From NCBI GenBank assembly GCA_021773305.1, contig JAJFKH010000007.1, positions 8,058-72,057 of the forward strand: a DNA stretch of 64,000 nt, read 5' to 3'. The stretch comes from Gammaproteobacteria bacterium. Its GTDB lineage: Bacteria > Pseudomonadota > Gammaproteobacteria > UBA1113. Of this stretch, positions 41,182 through 50,992 are shown in pieces (the stretch's first letter is position 1; every line of letters begins with the position of its first letter). The notes beneath the pieces are model-generated. The model had not been told where the DNA came from. It saw only the letters and a program-made list of their open reading frames with translations, and searched no databases. The position numbers and the translations under genes are program-made.

Positions 41182-42441
41182 TCATATTAACTTTACTCGC
41201 CCTATCTCATTCAAAGAGGGAACTACTTTGTCGCGCAATTCATTTGCAACCTCATTTCTAAGATCTCTAAGATCAGAAATTTTTTCAAATACCAACCCAA
41301 CATGGCAGTGGGCATTCAACCTAATAATTAATCGGCAGTTGAAACTATCTTGCTTATAACTACCCTTTCCATCGTCAATATAATCTGCCAAGACACCTAA
41401 TTGTTTGTCTCGATTTCCTTGTGTCTCCTCCAGCTTCTCGTGCAAATCCCCATAAATTTTATTTGCAGCCTTTGACAGCTTTTGACCTGGGATTCTATTG
41501 ACCGCTTGCCAGCATTCATCAACAAGTATCAGCAAATCATTCTGATCTATTTCTTCAGAAGGATTATCGCCTTTAATTACATCACCTTCAGCAGCATTGG
41601 CTGCGTTCAAGCTATCTTCCAAAGATGAATGTGGTTCTTCAATCAACTCCATCTTTGATTGCATACTTAAGTTTTGTTCAACTATTTCCTGAAGTTCTCC
41701 TGGCAGTTGAGACAATTGCTCCTCCGCAATGTCCAAAGCTATTCCCTTCTGGCATAAAGTCGTCACAACGGCTTTTGCAATAGCGCCACTAAAACGTACC
41801 CGTTGCAAATTGGTATTACTATTAAATGCAGTAATGACAAAATCCAGCAAATTTTCTGAACTCTCAAGAGACCAATTTTCTAATTCCAACACATTCACCT
41901 GTGGCGGCAAATTCATTAACATGGCAAATAACGCTTGTTTCTGCACATCCCCATGAATAGCAATACCATGAATATTCGGATTAGCACTCACACTGGCCAT
42001 GACCTTTCCCGCGGATTGAAAATCAAGTCCTAATCCAAGCCCTAGTTCTACCACATTTTTATGTTCTGCAACGGTCAAGTGGTTTATCACACCACAAATA
42101 TCATCAGCATCAATCTCACCACGAAAATCAAGCATTCTAATCGTTTTGTTGGCTTTACTCAGCTTACTAGACGTTTGTTTCCTGCGGTGCTTAGGCTCAC
42201 AGATCCCTTTTTTAACAAGTTCGATATCTTCTGATGCCAATTCTTGTAACCCTAACCGAACAATGCTGGGATTATTCCTAAGCCCTTGCACAAATTCTCG
42301 GGCCTTCCCACCCAAATAACCAAATGGCCCTTTAAGTGTCACAGCCTTCGGCAAATTACTCACAAATTGCCCATCCCCATGCTCTGCAAGCTTCAGAATG
42401 AAAGCATTATCTAACTCATATAGAATTCCAGACCCAGACAT
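41182..42441 (-). CDS. RNI-type LRR-like effector candidate
   Basis: Repeats SIVRLGL, TIRMLDF, NVVELGL, NIHGIAI, QVNVLEL and NLQRVRF; acidic linker; PmrA-like box upstream. Confidence 0.7.
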   Translation of the reverse strand: MSGSGILYELDNAFILKLAEHGDGQFVSNLPKAVTLKGPFGYLGGKAREFVQGLRNNPSIVRLGLQELASEDIELVKKGICEPKHRRKQTSSKLSKANKTIRMLDFRGEIDADDICGVINHLTVAEHKNVVELGLGLGLDFQSAGKVMASVSANPNIHGIAIHGDVQKQALFAMLMNLPPQVNVLELENWSLESSENLLDFVITAFNSNTNLQRVRFSGAIAKAVVTTLCQKGIALDIAEEQLSQLPGELQEIVEQNLSMQSKMELIEEPHSSLEDSLNAANAAEGDVIKGDNPSEEIDQNDLLILVDECWQAVNRIPGQKLSKAANKIYGDLHEKLEETQGNRDKQLGVLADYIDDGKGSYKQDSFNCRLIIRLNAHCHVGLVFEKISDLRDLRNEVANELRDKVVPSLNEIGRVKLI

Positions 42442-42488
42442 TTAACTCAGTTTTCTCATTTTGACCGGCTTCACCGCTTCTGTGGTAG

Positions 42489-42521
42489 ATTCTAACCCCC
42501 AAATATTAATTTAATATTAAG
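42489..42521 (-). promoter_or_regulatory. PmrA-like box with -10 element
   Basis: Minus strand reads CTTAATATT-AA-ATTAATATT-7 nt-TAGAAT. Confidence 0.75.
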
Positions 42522-43371
42522 AGAAGCTATTTTGAGTATAATTTAGTAAGATACCCGCATATATTAATAACCCAATATAATGATTGTTCAAAAAAGCCTT
42601 TAAACATTTATCACTAGCCCTGTATTTTATAAGAAATTGATGGTATATCAACAAGATAGCAGATATACCTAAGAAAACATAATAAATTATATGAAAGTTC
42701 AAATAGCCGCCGACTAAGCCTAAAACCCCAATAAAAGCCCCCTGGAAACAGCCAATAGCGGCCTTATCATAACGCCCTAATAAAATGGCCATGGAATGAA
42801 CATCAAGATGCTTGTCATCCTCCCTGTCCGCCATGGCATACTGTGTATCAAAAGCAACTGTCCAAAAAATAGCCGATATATATAATGCCCAGGCAATTGG
42901 CGGCAATGTGTGTTGCTCCACAGCAAAGGCCATCATCATGCCCAAATACCACGCAATCCCTAACAATACTTGAGGCACTAGGAAAAATCGCTTACTAAAT
43001 GGATACAAAATTGACAGCCCAAGAGCAATAACAGCGATACAAGCCGCTAAGAGATTCAACCAAAATAATAAACAACCTGCTAGAGCGCACAATATACCAA
43101 ATAAGCACCAGGCTTGTTTGATGCTAACCGCTCCCGTCACCAAAGGGCGATGCTTTGTTCTCTTCACAAAACCGTCGATCTTATAGTCAGCAAGGTCATT
43201 AATGACACAGCCTGCTGCACGCATAATCACCACGCCCACAATAAAAACCATAACATGGGACAGCTGTGGATGGCCATTGCCCGCAATCCATAATGCCCAT
43301 AATGTTGGCCAAAGCAAAAGAAATGTACCAATAGGTTTGTCAAAGCGCATCAAACGCAGATACGATATCAT
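42517..43371 (-). CDS. ubiA: 4-hydroxybenzoate polyprenyltransferase
   Basis: RFDKPIGTFLLLWP, GCVINDLAD and DTQYAMADREDD. Confidence 0.96.
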   Translation of the reverse strand: MISYLRLMRFDKPIGTFLLLWPTLWALWIAGNGHPQLSHVMVFIVGVVIMRAAGCVINDLADYKIDGFVKRTKHRPLVTGAVSIKQAWCLFGILCALAGCLLFWLNLLAACIAVIALGLSILYPFSKRFFLVPQVLLGIAWYLGMMMAFAVEQHTLPPIAWALYISAIFWTVAFDTQYAMADREDDKHLDVHSMAILLGRYDKAAIGCFQGAFIGVLGLVGGYLNFHIIYYVFLGISAILLIYHQFLIKYRASDKCLKAFLNNHYIGLLIYAGILLNYTQNSFS

Positions 43372-43946
43372 GAAAAAATATTCTCAGAAAAGACCACTTC
43401 TGTCACAAGTAAGGGCTGATCGTAAATATAAAATTGAGAGCGCCTAGCCCACAACCTTGTCTCAGATGTGTTATACCCTTGGGTCGCTAAATGAAATTCT
43501 AAGTGAGAATTGTCCAATTGAGAAAAATACAAACGCGTCCGTTTCAATGAAGCTTCCTTGAAAAGTAAATCACCGATCGGTCTCGTATCCAGCAACGCGA
43601 GCCACTTTCTTCCCCTGCCTTGAAAAAAAGCATAGGGAAATACCGTACGGCCAAACATCACAATAGCATTATCACAGCGCAAGTACACTTCACGGATCAA
43701 TACTTGATGTTTAGCACCGCATTGTAAATATAAGGATTCGCTTACCGTAGGATGACCCCAACATTGTTCTAATAATTGAACATCCAAAGCCTGTTTGGCA
43801 AACTTACGCAAACGCTTCGTCATCGATCCCGAATCAAACAACCAAGGTTGTAGCGGCCTGGGTAAGTATGACTGTGCTTGCTGCTGCCCGACCCAATTGG
43901 GTAAATTATAGACTGAATTCATGGAATCTATTATCCAAGATTTCAC
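43368..43946 (-). CDS. ubiC: Chorismate pyruvate-lyase
   Basis: WLFDSGSMTKRL, REVYL, RPIGDLLF, WARRS and LLVTEV. Confidence 0.9.
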   Translation of the reverse strand: MKSWIIDSMNSVYNLPNWVGQQQAQSYLPRPLQPWLFDSGSMTKRLRKFAKQALDVQLLEQCWGHPTVSESLYLQCGAKHQVLIREVYLRCDNAIVMFGRTVFPYAFFQGRGRKWLALLDTRPIGDLLFKEASLKRTRLYFSQLDNSHLEFHLATQGYNTSETRLWARRSQFYIYDQPLLVTEVVFSENIFS

Positions 43947-43965
43947 AATGAAAAGCTATATTAAA

Positions 43966-45747
43966 TTAAGGAGAAGGTCTAGGAGCCTCAAACGGTTTGA
44001 TTTCTCGAATAAAATCATCACAGAACGCATCACCATGGGAACCATGAAATAAAGCATGATCCCCACGTTTAAGAACGGTAATATCAACCGCAGGATCATT
44101 TTTATAATTTTTTTTCATCTTCTTAACTGTGCTAGAACTCACCGCACTATCACTATCGCCGATATACACTCTCAATTTTGATTGATTTGGCATGTTCTTT
44201 TTCTTTCGAATATGAAATTTCAATACATCATGAGATTTTTTCATGATAGAAAATAATTGCTTAAATGTCGTCAGCGTTTTTCTCAAACTAATAGAATATC
44301 TCCGACCCTTATCTGGATTTTCTCTCTCCTCAGCCGATTCATGGAAATCTCGTTTTGATGGCGACAAGATATTTCGCAAAGCGTTTCTTGCAGACGATCG
44401 AATAGCCGGTGAAAAAAGATTAACTCCCGTCACAGCATCTTTTTTTGATAAATATTCATACTCAGAGAGGACAACACTGCCTCCCATACTATAACCAACC
44501 ACTTCAACCGGCACGCCTGGATTTGCAGCAATAACACTATCTACATGATTACGGAGATCCATACGCATTTGGAAAAATTTAATTTCATTTGTTTGCTTTT
44601 CCGCATCCAAACCATAACCACGCTGGTCATAAGCAATCACTTCAACGCCCTCTTCTCTCGCTTTTCTCCCCAGATTATTCCAACAGCCAAGATGGCCATT
44701 CCAACCATGGAGTGCAATAATAATTTTTTTGGGCGCTTCCCCATTAGCGGGTACCCAATGTTTTGTTTCAAAACTTCTTTGATAACCATCTTCTGCACGA
44801 TAATATGTTTGCTTTTCTTGTTTATAATGTTTTATAGCATTCAAGCAATGTGCTTTTAACCGACTTCCCCTTCTCTTGCTAAAAGGCGAATCCTCGGCCT
44901 TTAAATACGCCTCAAGCAATTCAATTTTTTTGCTATCAGGTACATCTCCGTCTACAAGCCCTGAAAGATTAGTCATATCTTCCATTCTACTTTCTGAAAT
45001 AGTTCGCTGCTGCATGCTTTTGTGTGTTTTATATTGGTCGATGGCAAACTGAATATATTCCTTGAGGCTATAGTCCATTGTTTCCGTTCGATAGATTTCT
45101 CCTGGTAAAATATGATGTTGACGAAATTTTTCTAGCTCTTCTGTCAGTTTTTCTCGAAAGGCTCTATTTCCAAAAGATTTTACAACACGCGGTAGCTGCT
45201 GATCTTGCCAATCTGGCGCATCAAACTTAATCTTATTCACGATAATTTCTGCCATTTTAGAAATGTGATTAACCTTTTCCTGGGGCAGATCTTGAGTAGA
45301 TTTGATCTCTTGTAATGCACGATCAAAACATGCTTTGAGAGCTTGACGCTTTTCAGTCACATCACTTTCAACAAATTTTTTCGGAATAAGCTTGGTATCG
45401 CGGTAAAAATCCATAGCGGCTACTAACATATCTTCCAGCTTACTCTTATCTTTTACACCTGTTTTAAAAGTTAACTTCTTTAATCCAGCATCTATATTGC
45501 CCATGAGACTGTCTGCAACATGATCCCCAGATAGGTATTTTTGCATTTTGAGAATTTTTTCTTCATTCTTCAAAGAATTATTTTTGATGACTGCACAGAA
45601 AAACCGCACATCTTTTATCCGCCGCGCCGTGGGTTTTTTGAGTAACAAATAATCATCAAGAACAAACAACATCAACGCTTGAAAATCATCATCCTCTTGA
45701 AATTTCTCAAAAATTCTTTCTTTTTCACTGGAATACTGACTTGCCAC
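43966..45747 (-). CDS. Effector-like alpha/beta hydrolase (lysophospholipase-like) with a repeated helical N-terminal extension
   Basis: ALHGWNG, YDQRGYG, nucleophile elbow GYSMG, and Asp (GDSD) and His (GDHAL) in triad order. Confidence 0.8.
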   Translation of the reverse strand: MASQYSSEKERIFEKFQEDDDFQALMLFVLDDYLLLKKPTARRIKDVRFFCAVIKNNSLKNEEKILKMQKYLSGDHVADSLMGNIDAGLKKLTFKTGVKDKSKLEDMLVAAMDFYRDTKLIPKKFVESDVTEKRQALKACFDRALQEIKSTQDLPQEKVNHISKMAEIIVNKIKFDAPDWQDQQLPRVVKSFGNRAFREKLTEELEKFRQHHILPGEIYRTETMDYSLKEYIQFAIDQYKTHKSMQQRTISESRMEDMTNLSGLVDGDVPDSKKIELLEAYLKAEDSPFSKRRGSRLKAHCLNAIKHYKQEKQTYYRAEDGYQRSFETKHWVPANGEAPKKIIIALHGWNGHLGCWNNLGRKAREEGVEVIAYDQRGYGLDAEKQTNEIKFFQMRMDLRNHVDSVIAANPGVPVEVVGYSMGGSVVLSEYEYLSKKDAVTGVNLFSPAIRSSARNALRNILSPSKRDFHESAEERENPDKGRRYSISLRKTLTTFKQLFSIMKKSHDVLKFHIRKKKNMPNQSKLRVYIGDSDSAVSSSTVKKMKKNYKNDPAVDITVLKRGDHALFHGSHGDAFCDDFIREIKPFEAPRPSP

Positions 45748-45798
45748 GGTGATACCCTTTTGTCTACTTATTATTCTAACAAGATTCTATACAGGCTC

Positions 45799-45832
45799 AT
45801 TATGCACATATGATAGTTAAGGCAATATTAAA
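45799..45832 (-). promoter_or_regulatory. PmrA-like box with -10 element
   Basis: Minus strand reads TTTAATATT-GC-CTTAACTAT-8 nt-CATAAT. Confidence 0.6.
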
Positions 45833-45937
45833 TAGCAAATTTTATCAGCATCTTACCCTAAAAAAACACATCTCATTTCTGGCATAAGGATAATTTAAGC
45901 AAACCATGATAGACTGGTCACTCATAAATCAAAACAG

Positions 45938-46447
45938 GTGGCTCTATTAATGCCAACACCCGTTCTTAAGAGAAACTATTCAACCTATATTATAACCAGA
46001 AGTCGGCCAGATCCTTTACTGCAAAAAGCATCTAACACACTGAATGGAAAAGAAAGTCTGGAAGAAGCTACATCTGGCTCTGCCGCCATTACGTCACAAC
46101 GCCTTGGGTTAGGTAAAAATCCAGCGATCGGTGCCAGTCTAAACGGTATTGCATCCCAAATAGGACTTATCAACCCCCTTATCTCAAATCGTTCAAATCT
46201 TGCTAACGTCAATCTTAACAAAACATCACCGGATAAAAGTGATGTAATGGAAGCTGCTGAAGAAGCCGCCACAGAAATTGTCGGTGATATACTCATCGAG
46301 GCAGCCATGCATTTCACTTCACCTCAAATGGCACTCTTGTCTCCAATGCTCACCGCAGCAACCAATGTCCTCAGAGAAAATGAAGAAACCGAAGCAGAAT
46401 ATACGCCTTCCATCGCAGATAGGCAGTTAAGATTACAGCACAGATAA
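45938..46447 (+). CDS. Hypothetical protein
   Basis: 169-aa ORF filling an otherwise empty gap; acidic patch near the C-terminus; no recognised motif. Confidence 0.55.
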   Translation: MALLMPTPVLKRNYSTYIITRSRPDPLLQKASNTLNGKESLEEATSGSAAITSQRLGLGKNPAIGASLNGIASQIGLINPLISNRSNLANVNLNKTSPDKSDVMEAAEEAATEIVGDILIEAAMHFTSPQMALLSPMLTAATNVLRENEETEAEYTPSIADRQLRLQHR

Positions 46448-46560
46448 ATTTTGCACACTGGAAAATTGTAATTTTTTAGCATCCAGATTGCGCTTTGTCT
46501 TTTAAACGAAAAGCAGGCTGGACGGATAAAAAGCTGATTTCAAGATGCTGATCCCCGGCT

Positions 46561-46692
46561 TGTGTATGACCCATAGACACAGGTAACACCTTGAAACAGA
46601 CATACATTAACATTGGGATCATCATAAACGAGAAGGAGGTGATGATGCCCTGGCAAGAGGTAAGTGTAATGAGTCAAACAAAAACCTTTTGA
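46561..46692 (+). mobile_element. IS481-family left-end remnant with truncated transposase start
   Basis: TGT-initiated end (TGTGTATGACCCATAGACACAGGTAACAC), AGGAGG RBS, then MPWQEVSVMSQ and a stop after 15 codons. Confidence 0.7.
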
Positions 46693-46721
46693 CGCTTACT
46701 TGATAAAGAGTTTTGTGTACA

Positions 46722-47816
46722 CTAAGCGACATGGTACTCAAATCGCAGGTATAATCCTTGATCTGCATGATCATTCGGGTGTGCCATGGAATCTGTATAA
46801 CTGACGATAGAGTTATCCACTTCGTTGAAATAATTTGTCACTTCGTAACCCAGTTCAACGCCTAAGGCTGTTCTAGGACTCAACGGATGGACATATTTTA
46901 AACCTATCCTAGCGTCTAATTCTGGGACAACAACGGTTTTTGAAGGTAATTGCCGCTGAAAGTTCATGACTTGAGCCGAATTCATTGTCTGACTTTCAAT
47001 GATTGCAAAGGCATTATAATTCTGGTCTTGATCGCCGACTAATAAAGAACCTGCAAACATGCCGACTATACTGAGATCACCTTGCAGGTGAATTTCTGTA
47101 TCCATTCCTGCTCTAGGGCCTAATCCTTCAAAATCACTGCGAAGGGAAAAATTAGCATTCACTTCAACTTCATTGCCTCCACTAATTGTTTGCAGAGGAG
47201 AATGATATGTACCACGCACTTTTGTATTAATATCTGCATAACGCAGTCCACCAAAGGCATGTAAGCTCAAGCGTTGGCCAAACTCCATTTCCTGTCCAAA
47301 GACTACATCTATGGCATCGTAATTATCGTAAAATTTTGCATCAATTTCATCCCAACCCGTAATAGGATTCATAAAAATAGCACCTGGAGAAGTAATATCT
47401 GTTGGTATAGCTGTTGACGTATAGCCCTCAACATTATGAAATTCCTCTTCACCTACTTCATGAAAATGCGTCCAGGTTAATCGTACATCTCGGCCATTGC
47501 CTGCAAATAAATAAGCTACATCACCGCGCACCCCCCATTCATGATCAGGTTCTAATGCGCGAGTATGGTGCGTTAAAAGAGAACCCTGAGCCATGCCATT
47601 CAAAAATGTTTGATCAATACGGGTCAAAGCAAAGTGAAAATCATGGTTATTACTTTCTAGGTATAATGCTTCGATACCAACAATCCAACTGCCTGTTTGT
47701 TGGGGAATTTCAACGGGCACTGTCAAAGGCATGGCGACATCATCACCGGGGTGGCCAGAAAATGCCACACCACTCAGCAAACATCCTGCTAAAACAGCTA
47801 AAACTTTCCTAAACAT
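46722..47816 (-). CDS. Lpg1974/Legionella MOMP-family outer membrane porin, copy 3
   Basis: Signal peptide, GSWIVGIEALY, FGGLRYA, SDFEGLGPRAG, VVPELDARIG and GYEVTNYF. Confidence 0.88.
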   Translation of the reverse strand: MFRKVLAVLAGCLLSGVAFSGHPGDDVAMPLTVPVEIPQQTGSWIVGIEALYLESNNHDFHFALTRIDQTFLNGMAQGSLLTHHTRALEPDHEWGVRGDVAYLFAGNGRDVRLTWTHFHEVGEEEFHNVEGYTSTAIPTDITSPGAIFMNPITGWDEIDAKFYDNYDAIDVVFGQEMEFGQRLSLHAFGGLRYADINTKVRGTYHSPLQTISGGNEVEVNANFSLRSDFEGLGPRAGMDTEIHLQGDLSIVGMFAGSLLVGDQDQNYNAFAIIESQTMNSAQVMNFQRQLPSKTVVVPELDARIGLKYVHPLSPRTALGVELGYEVTNYFNEVDNSIVSYTDSMAHPNDHADQGLYLRFEYHVA

Positions 47817-47890
47817 AAAGTACCCCAATTATTTAAATTAAATAAGTGAGGTATCAGACGCAAAAGTCATGCCAAAATAAGGGGAAAAGA

Positions 47891-48976
47891 CTAAGCTACA
47901 TCTAGTTGTACGCGCAGATAAGGCCCGTGAAAGGCAACATCATTGTAGTGGGACATGGAGTCTGTATAACTCACTACACTATTATTTTGTCCATTCCAGT
48001 AATGAGTATTCTCATAACCAACCTCAAACAAAACAGCAGCATCCGGACTTAAAGGGTGCAAATAATTAAAGCCTATGCGGGCGTCCATTTCCGGTACCAC
48101 AACGGTACTATCATCAAGACGACGATGAGACACGAGACTGCTTGTGGTTTCTAAAGATTGATCGGTATATACCGCTGAAGTATAACGTTTCTGATCAAGA
48201 TCTCCGACTAACAAAGAACCTGCTATTGTACCAACGATATTGGTATGACAACCGAGGCGGATCCTGGCATCCATTCCTCCCCGAGGGCCTAATCCTTGAA
48301 AATCACTTTGCAACCGTAGGGTTCCTGTGGCAAAAAATTCATCGTTATTTCCAGCCACAGCACTGTAGCTCACGCTATCTGTAATTTGAATATCCCCATA
48401 GCGCAGGCCACCAAATGCTCTTAGACGAACTTTTGGCCCGAAATCAAAGTGCTGTCCCCACATTACATCCACAGCATCGTATTGATTCGCTGCCTTCGGC
48501 CTTGCGGTATCCCAACCACCAGGAAAATTTCCATTCCCGCCGATAAGGCTTGGCGTTAAAATATCACTGGCCACTGCATAAAGAAATTCATTTTCTCGAC
48601 GAGCACTAGCATCATCATGGTGATAATGAGTCCAAACCACATTGATATCTCTTCCAAAGTCAGGGAATAAGTATTTAACATCGAACCGCCCGCCCCAATC
48701 AGGATCACGATCCCGGCTACGTACTAAAAAGCGGTTCTGCACTTCAAAATCATTCGTTACAGCAAATGTATCGGAACCTCGGGTCGTTGCATAATTAAAA
48801 TCTCCATTAGAGGGTCGAAAATATTGCGCTTCAGCTGCCACAGACCAAGAACCTTCTTGCTCTGGAATCGTAACAGGTACCATTACAGGTACTATCACAT
48901 CAACGGCTGGATGTCCTCCATAGGCACTTGAGCAAATACCGATAGCAAACAGCGACAACATACTTTTTAATTTCAT
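47891..48976 (-). CDS. Lpg1974/Legionella MOMP-family outer membrane porin, copy 2
   Basis: Same motif set (FGGLRYG, SDFQGLGPRGG, VVPEMDARIG, HGPYLRV). Confidence 0.88.
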   Translation of the reverse strand: MKLKSMLSLFAIGICSSAYGGHPAVDVIVPVMVPVTIPEQEGSWSVAAEAQYFRPSNGDFNYATTRGSDTFAVTNDFEVQNRFLVRSRDRDPDWGGRFDVKYLFPDFGRDINVVWTHYHHDDASARRENEFLYAVASDILTPSLIGGNGNFPGGWDTARPKAANQYDAVDVMWGQHFDFGPKVRLRAFGGLRYGDIQITDSVSYSAVAGNNDEFFATGTLRLQSDFQGLGPRGGMDARIRLGCHTNIVGTIAGSLLVGDLDQKRYTSAVYTDQSLETTSSLVSHRRLDDSTVVVPEMDARIGFNYLHPLSPDAAVLFEVGYENTHYWNGQNNSVVSYTDSMSHYNDVAFHGPYLRVQLDVA

Positions 48977-49538
48977 GGTAACCTTCCCTTGGATTTATTC
49001 CCTACTAACGGAAGATACTCTTTTAGGGATCTAAGGTCAAGCCACAGAGTTTTCCAACATGAAATGAGTCTGAAGAAAAGCCCTATTTTGCTGGAGTTTT
49101 AGTTAAAGCGGTCTAATGGATGGACAAATTGAGTACAGCCTCCATGATCAATGGATGAAAACGATCATGAGCTTAGACAAGCTAAATACCTTGAGTGCGT
49201 TGCCCAAACTCACACAGCAAACAAGGCTCTCCCACTGATTATTATCGAGGCGATCATAATCGAGATTTTATTTCTGATTTATTATCATCAATATATCCTG
49301 GGATTGGATTTTCACTTTTTCAAGGCCTTGAAAATCTTAACAAAACCTACAAACCTCAAGCATCGAAATTCTATCTATGTAAAAATTGTGGTATTACTTA
49401 CAATGACAGATATATGCAAGGACAATTAATCAATGAAAATTTGTGTAAACCGGGAAATTCGTGACGAACTCTCAAGACTTGTTCGCCAGCACTCAGAAGG
49501 AGGAGACAAGCCCTACCATACTAATCATTAAAAATGGC

Positions 49539-49570
49539 AAAAAAAAACGCCGGTCAAAGACCGGCGTTTT
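49539..49570 (-). terminator. Intrinsic terminator of porin copy 1
   Basis: Minus-strand hairpin AAAACGCCGGTC-TTT-GACCGGCG followed by a long T-tract. Confidence 0.9.
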
Positions 49571-49596
49571 CAGTAAAGCTTAAAAAAGCTTAGAGA

Positions 49597-50706
49597 TTAA
49601 GCTAGGTTAAGTTCTACTCTCAAGTATGGGCCGTGCAATGCGAAATCATTGTCATGGCTCATAGTATCAGTAAAGCTTACGAAGCTGTTATCTTTAGCAT
49701 TCCAGTAATTGGTCACTTCATAACCAATTTCTAAGCCAAGAGATGTATCTGGGCTGAATGCGTGTGTGTAGTTCAAACCAATGCGAGCATCCATTTCTGG
49801 AACAACGATTGTGTTTTCGCTAAGACGAGCTGAGTTAGAAACCGTATCAGAGCTATCATCACTGGTGTTAACAACAGTAACGAAGTTATCCCATTTTTGA
49901 TCTCTGTCACCCACGAGTAAAGAACCAGCAATGGTACCCATAACAGCAAAGTTACCACCTAAACGAACGGTAGCATCCATACCAGCACGAGGCCCAAGAC
50001 CTTCAAAATCGCTAGCGATGCGGCTTTCAGCACGAGCTGTCCACACAACATCAGGATCTGAAGCAAAATCGGTAGCTTCTGCAGTGAAATTAGCTTTATC
50101 GCTCATGTCGATATCAGCATATTTCAAACCACCGAAGGCACGCAATGTGACTTTTTGACCGAAATCCATCTTTTGACCAAATACTAAGTCAATAGAATCG
50201 TAGTCATTGTCAGAACGGCCCCTAGCAGTATCCCACGTATTAGTCAGAGGGTTAGTTGGGGGGTTAGCATCCTGAGGGTTATCAATATCGAAATCAATTG
50301 CATTCAAATCAGTACCGTCAATAAGATTCTTACTGTCAGACTCGTTATCATGCAAATGTGTGTAAATTAACTGAACATCACGACCATTACCTGGGAAATG
50401 GTATGTAATGTCACCACGAACACCCCAATTATGCTCAGTATCAACAGAATGAGTTCTGAGACTGTTGTGAGTTAAATCGGCGTTTCCATTAGTTGCTGTG
50501 GTTGTTGAGGAGGTTACTCCGTAATGGAAATCTCCATTAGCAACCTGCCAATACAACGCTTCAACACCAACGTTCCAACTACCCTGTTGTTGAGGAATGG
50601 TAACATTCACAGTTGGGGGTAGCATAACGTCTTCAGCAGGGTGACCCGCATAAGCTGAAGCACTTAAACCTAAAGCAGCTAAAGCAAGAGATACTTTTTT
50701 AATCAT
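49597..50706 (-). CDS. Lpg1974/Legionella MOMP-family outer membrane porin, copy 1 (probably the main expressed one)
   Basis: MIKKVSLALAALGL signal and the same motifs; own strong terminator and long AT-rich upstream region. Confidence 0.9.
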   Translation of the reverse strand: MIKKVSLALAALGLSASAYAGHPAEDVMLPPTVNVTIPQQQGSWNVGVEALYWQVANGDFHYGVTSSTTTATNGNADLTHNSLRTHSVDTEHNWGVRGDITYHFPGNGRDVQLIYTHLHDNESDSKNLIDGTDLNAIDFDIDNPQDANPPTNPLTNTWDTARGRSDNDYDSIDLVFGQKMDFGQKVTLRAFGGLKYADIDMSDKANFTAEATDFASDPDVVWTARAESRIASDFEGLGPRAGMDATVRLGGNFAVMGTIAGSLLVGDRDQKWDNFVTVVNTSDDSSDTVSNSARLSENTIVVPEMDARIGLNYTHAFSPDTSLGLEIGYEVTNYWNAKDNSFVSFTDTMSHDNDFALHGPYLRVELNLA

Positions 50707-50992
50707 CGCTTCCATCTTCCTTCCATCAATTTTAAACACGTGCCGCTATTGCAAATGCGACTTAAACTATCCATCAAAATTCCGCTATTGTCATAGTATA
50801 CTGGACGCCTACGTTAATAGCGATAATATCAATGATAATACATTTTAACCAAATAACAACTTTATTTTTAAAAAAATTTATATTTTTTAATCGGATGTGT
50901 ATTTTCGCAAAAAAATTTAGACTTCTGACGAAAAATAACACACGAAAAAAGTTATTGTTGTATCATACAAAGTTTAGCGAAGGTAAGATAAC

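Noticed and set aside
45883-45915. Weak PmrA-like site before ORF 45938
   Set aside because: The first half-site (CATAAGGAT) lacks the TTAA core, so it is too degenerate to call.
49151-49464. Two overlapping ORFs between the porins, one with CKNC
   Set aside because: They are in competing frames with no convincing RBS or family motif. This may be a decayed gene, but it cannot be supported.
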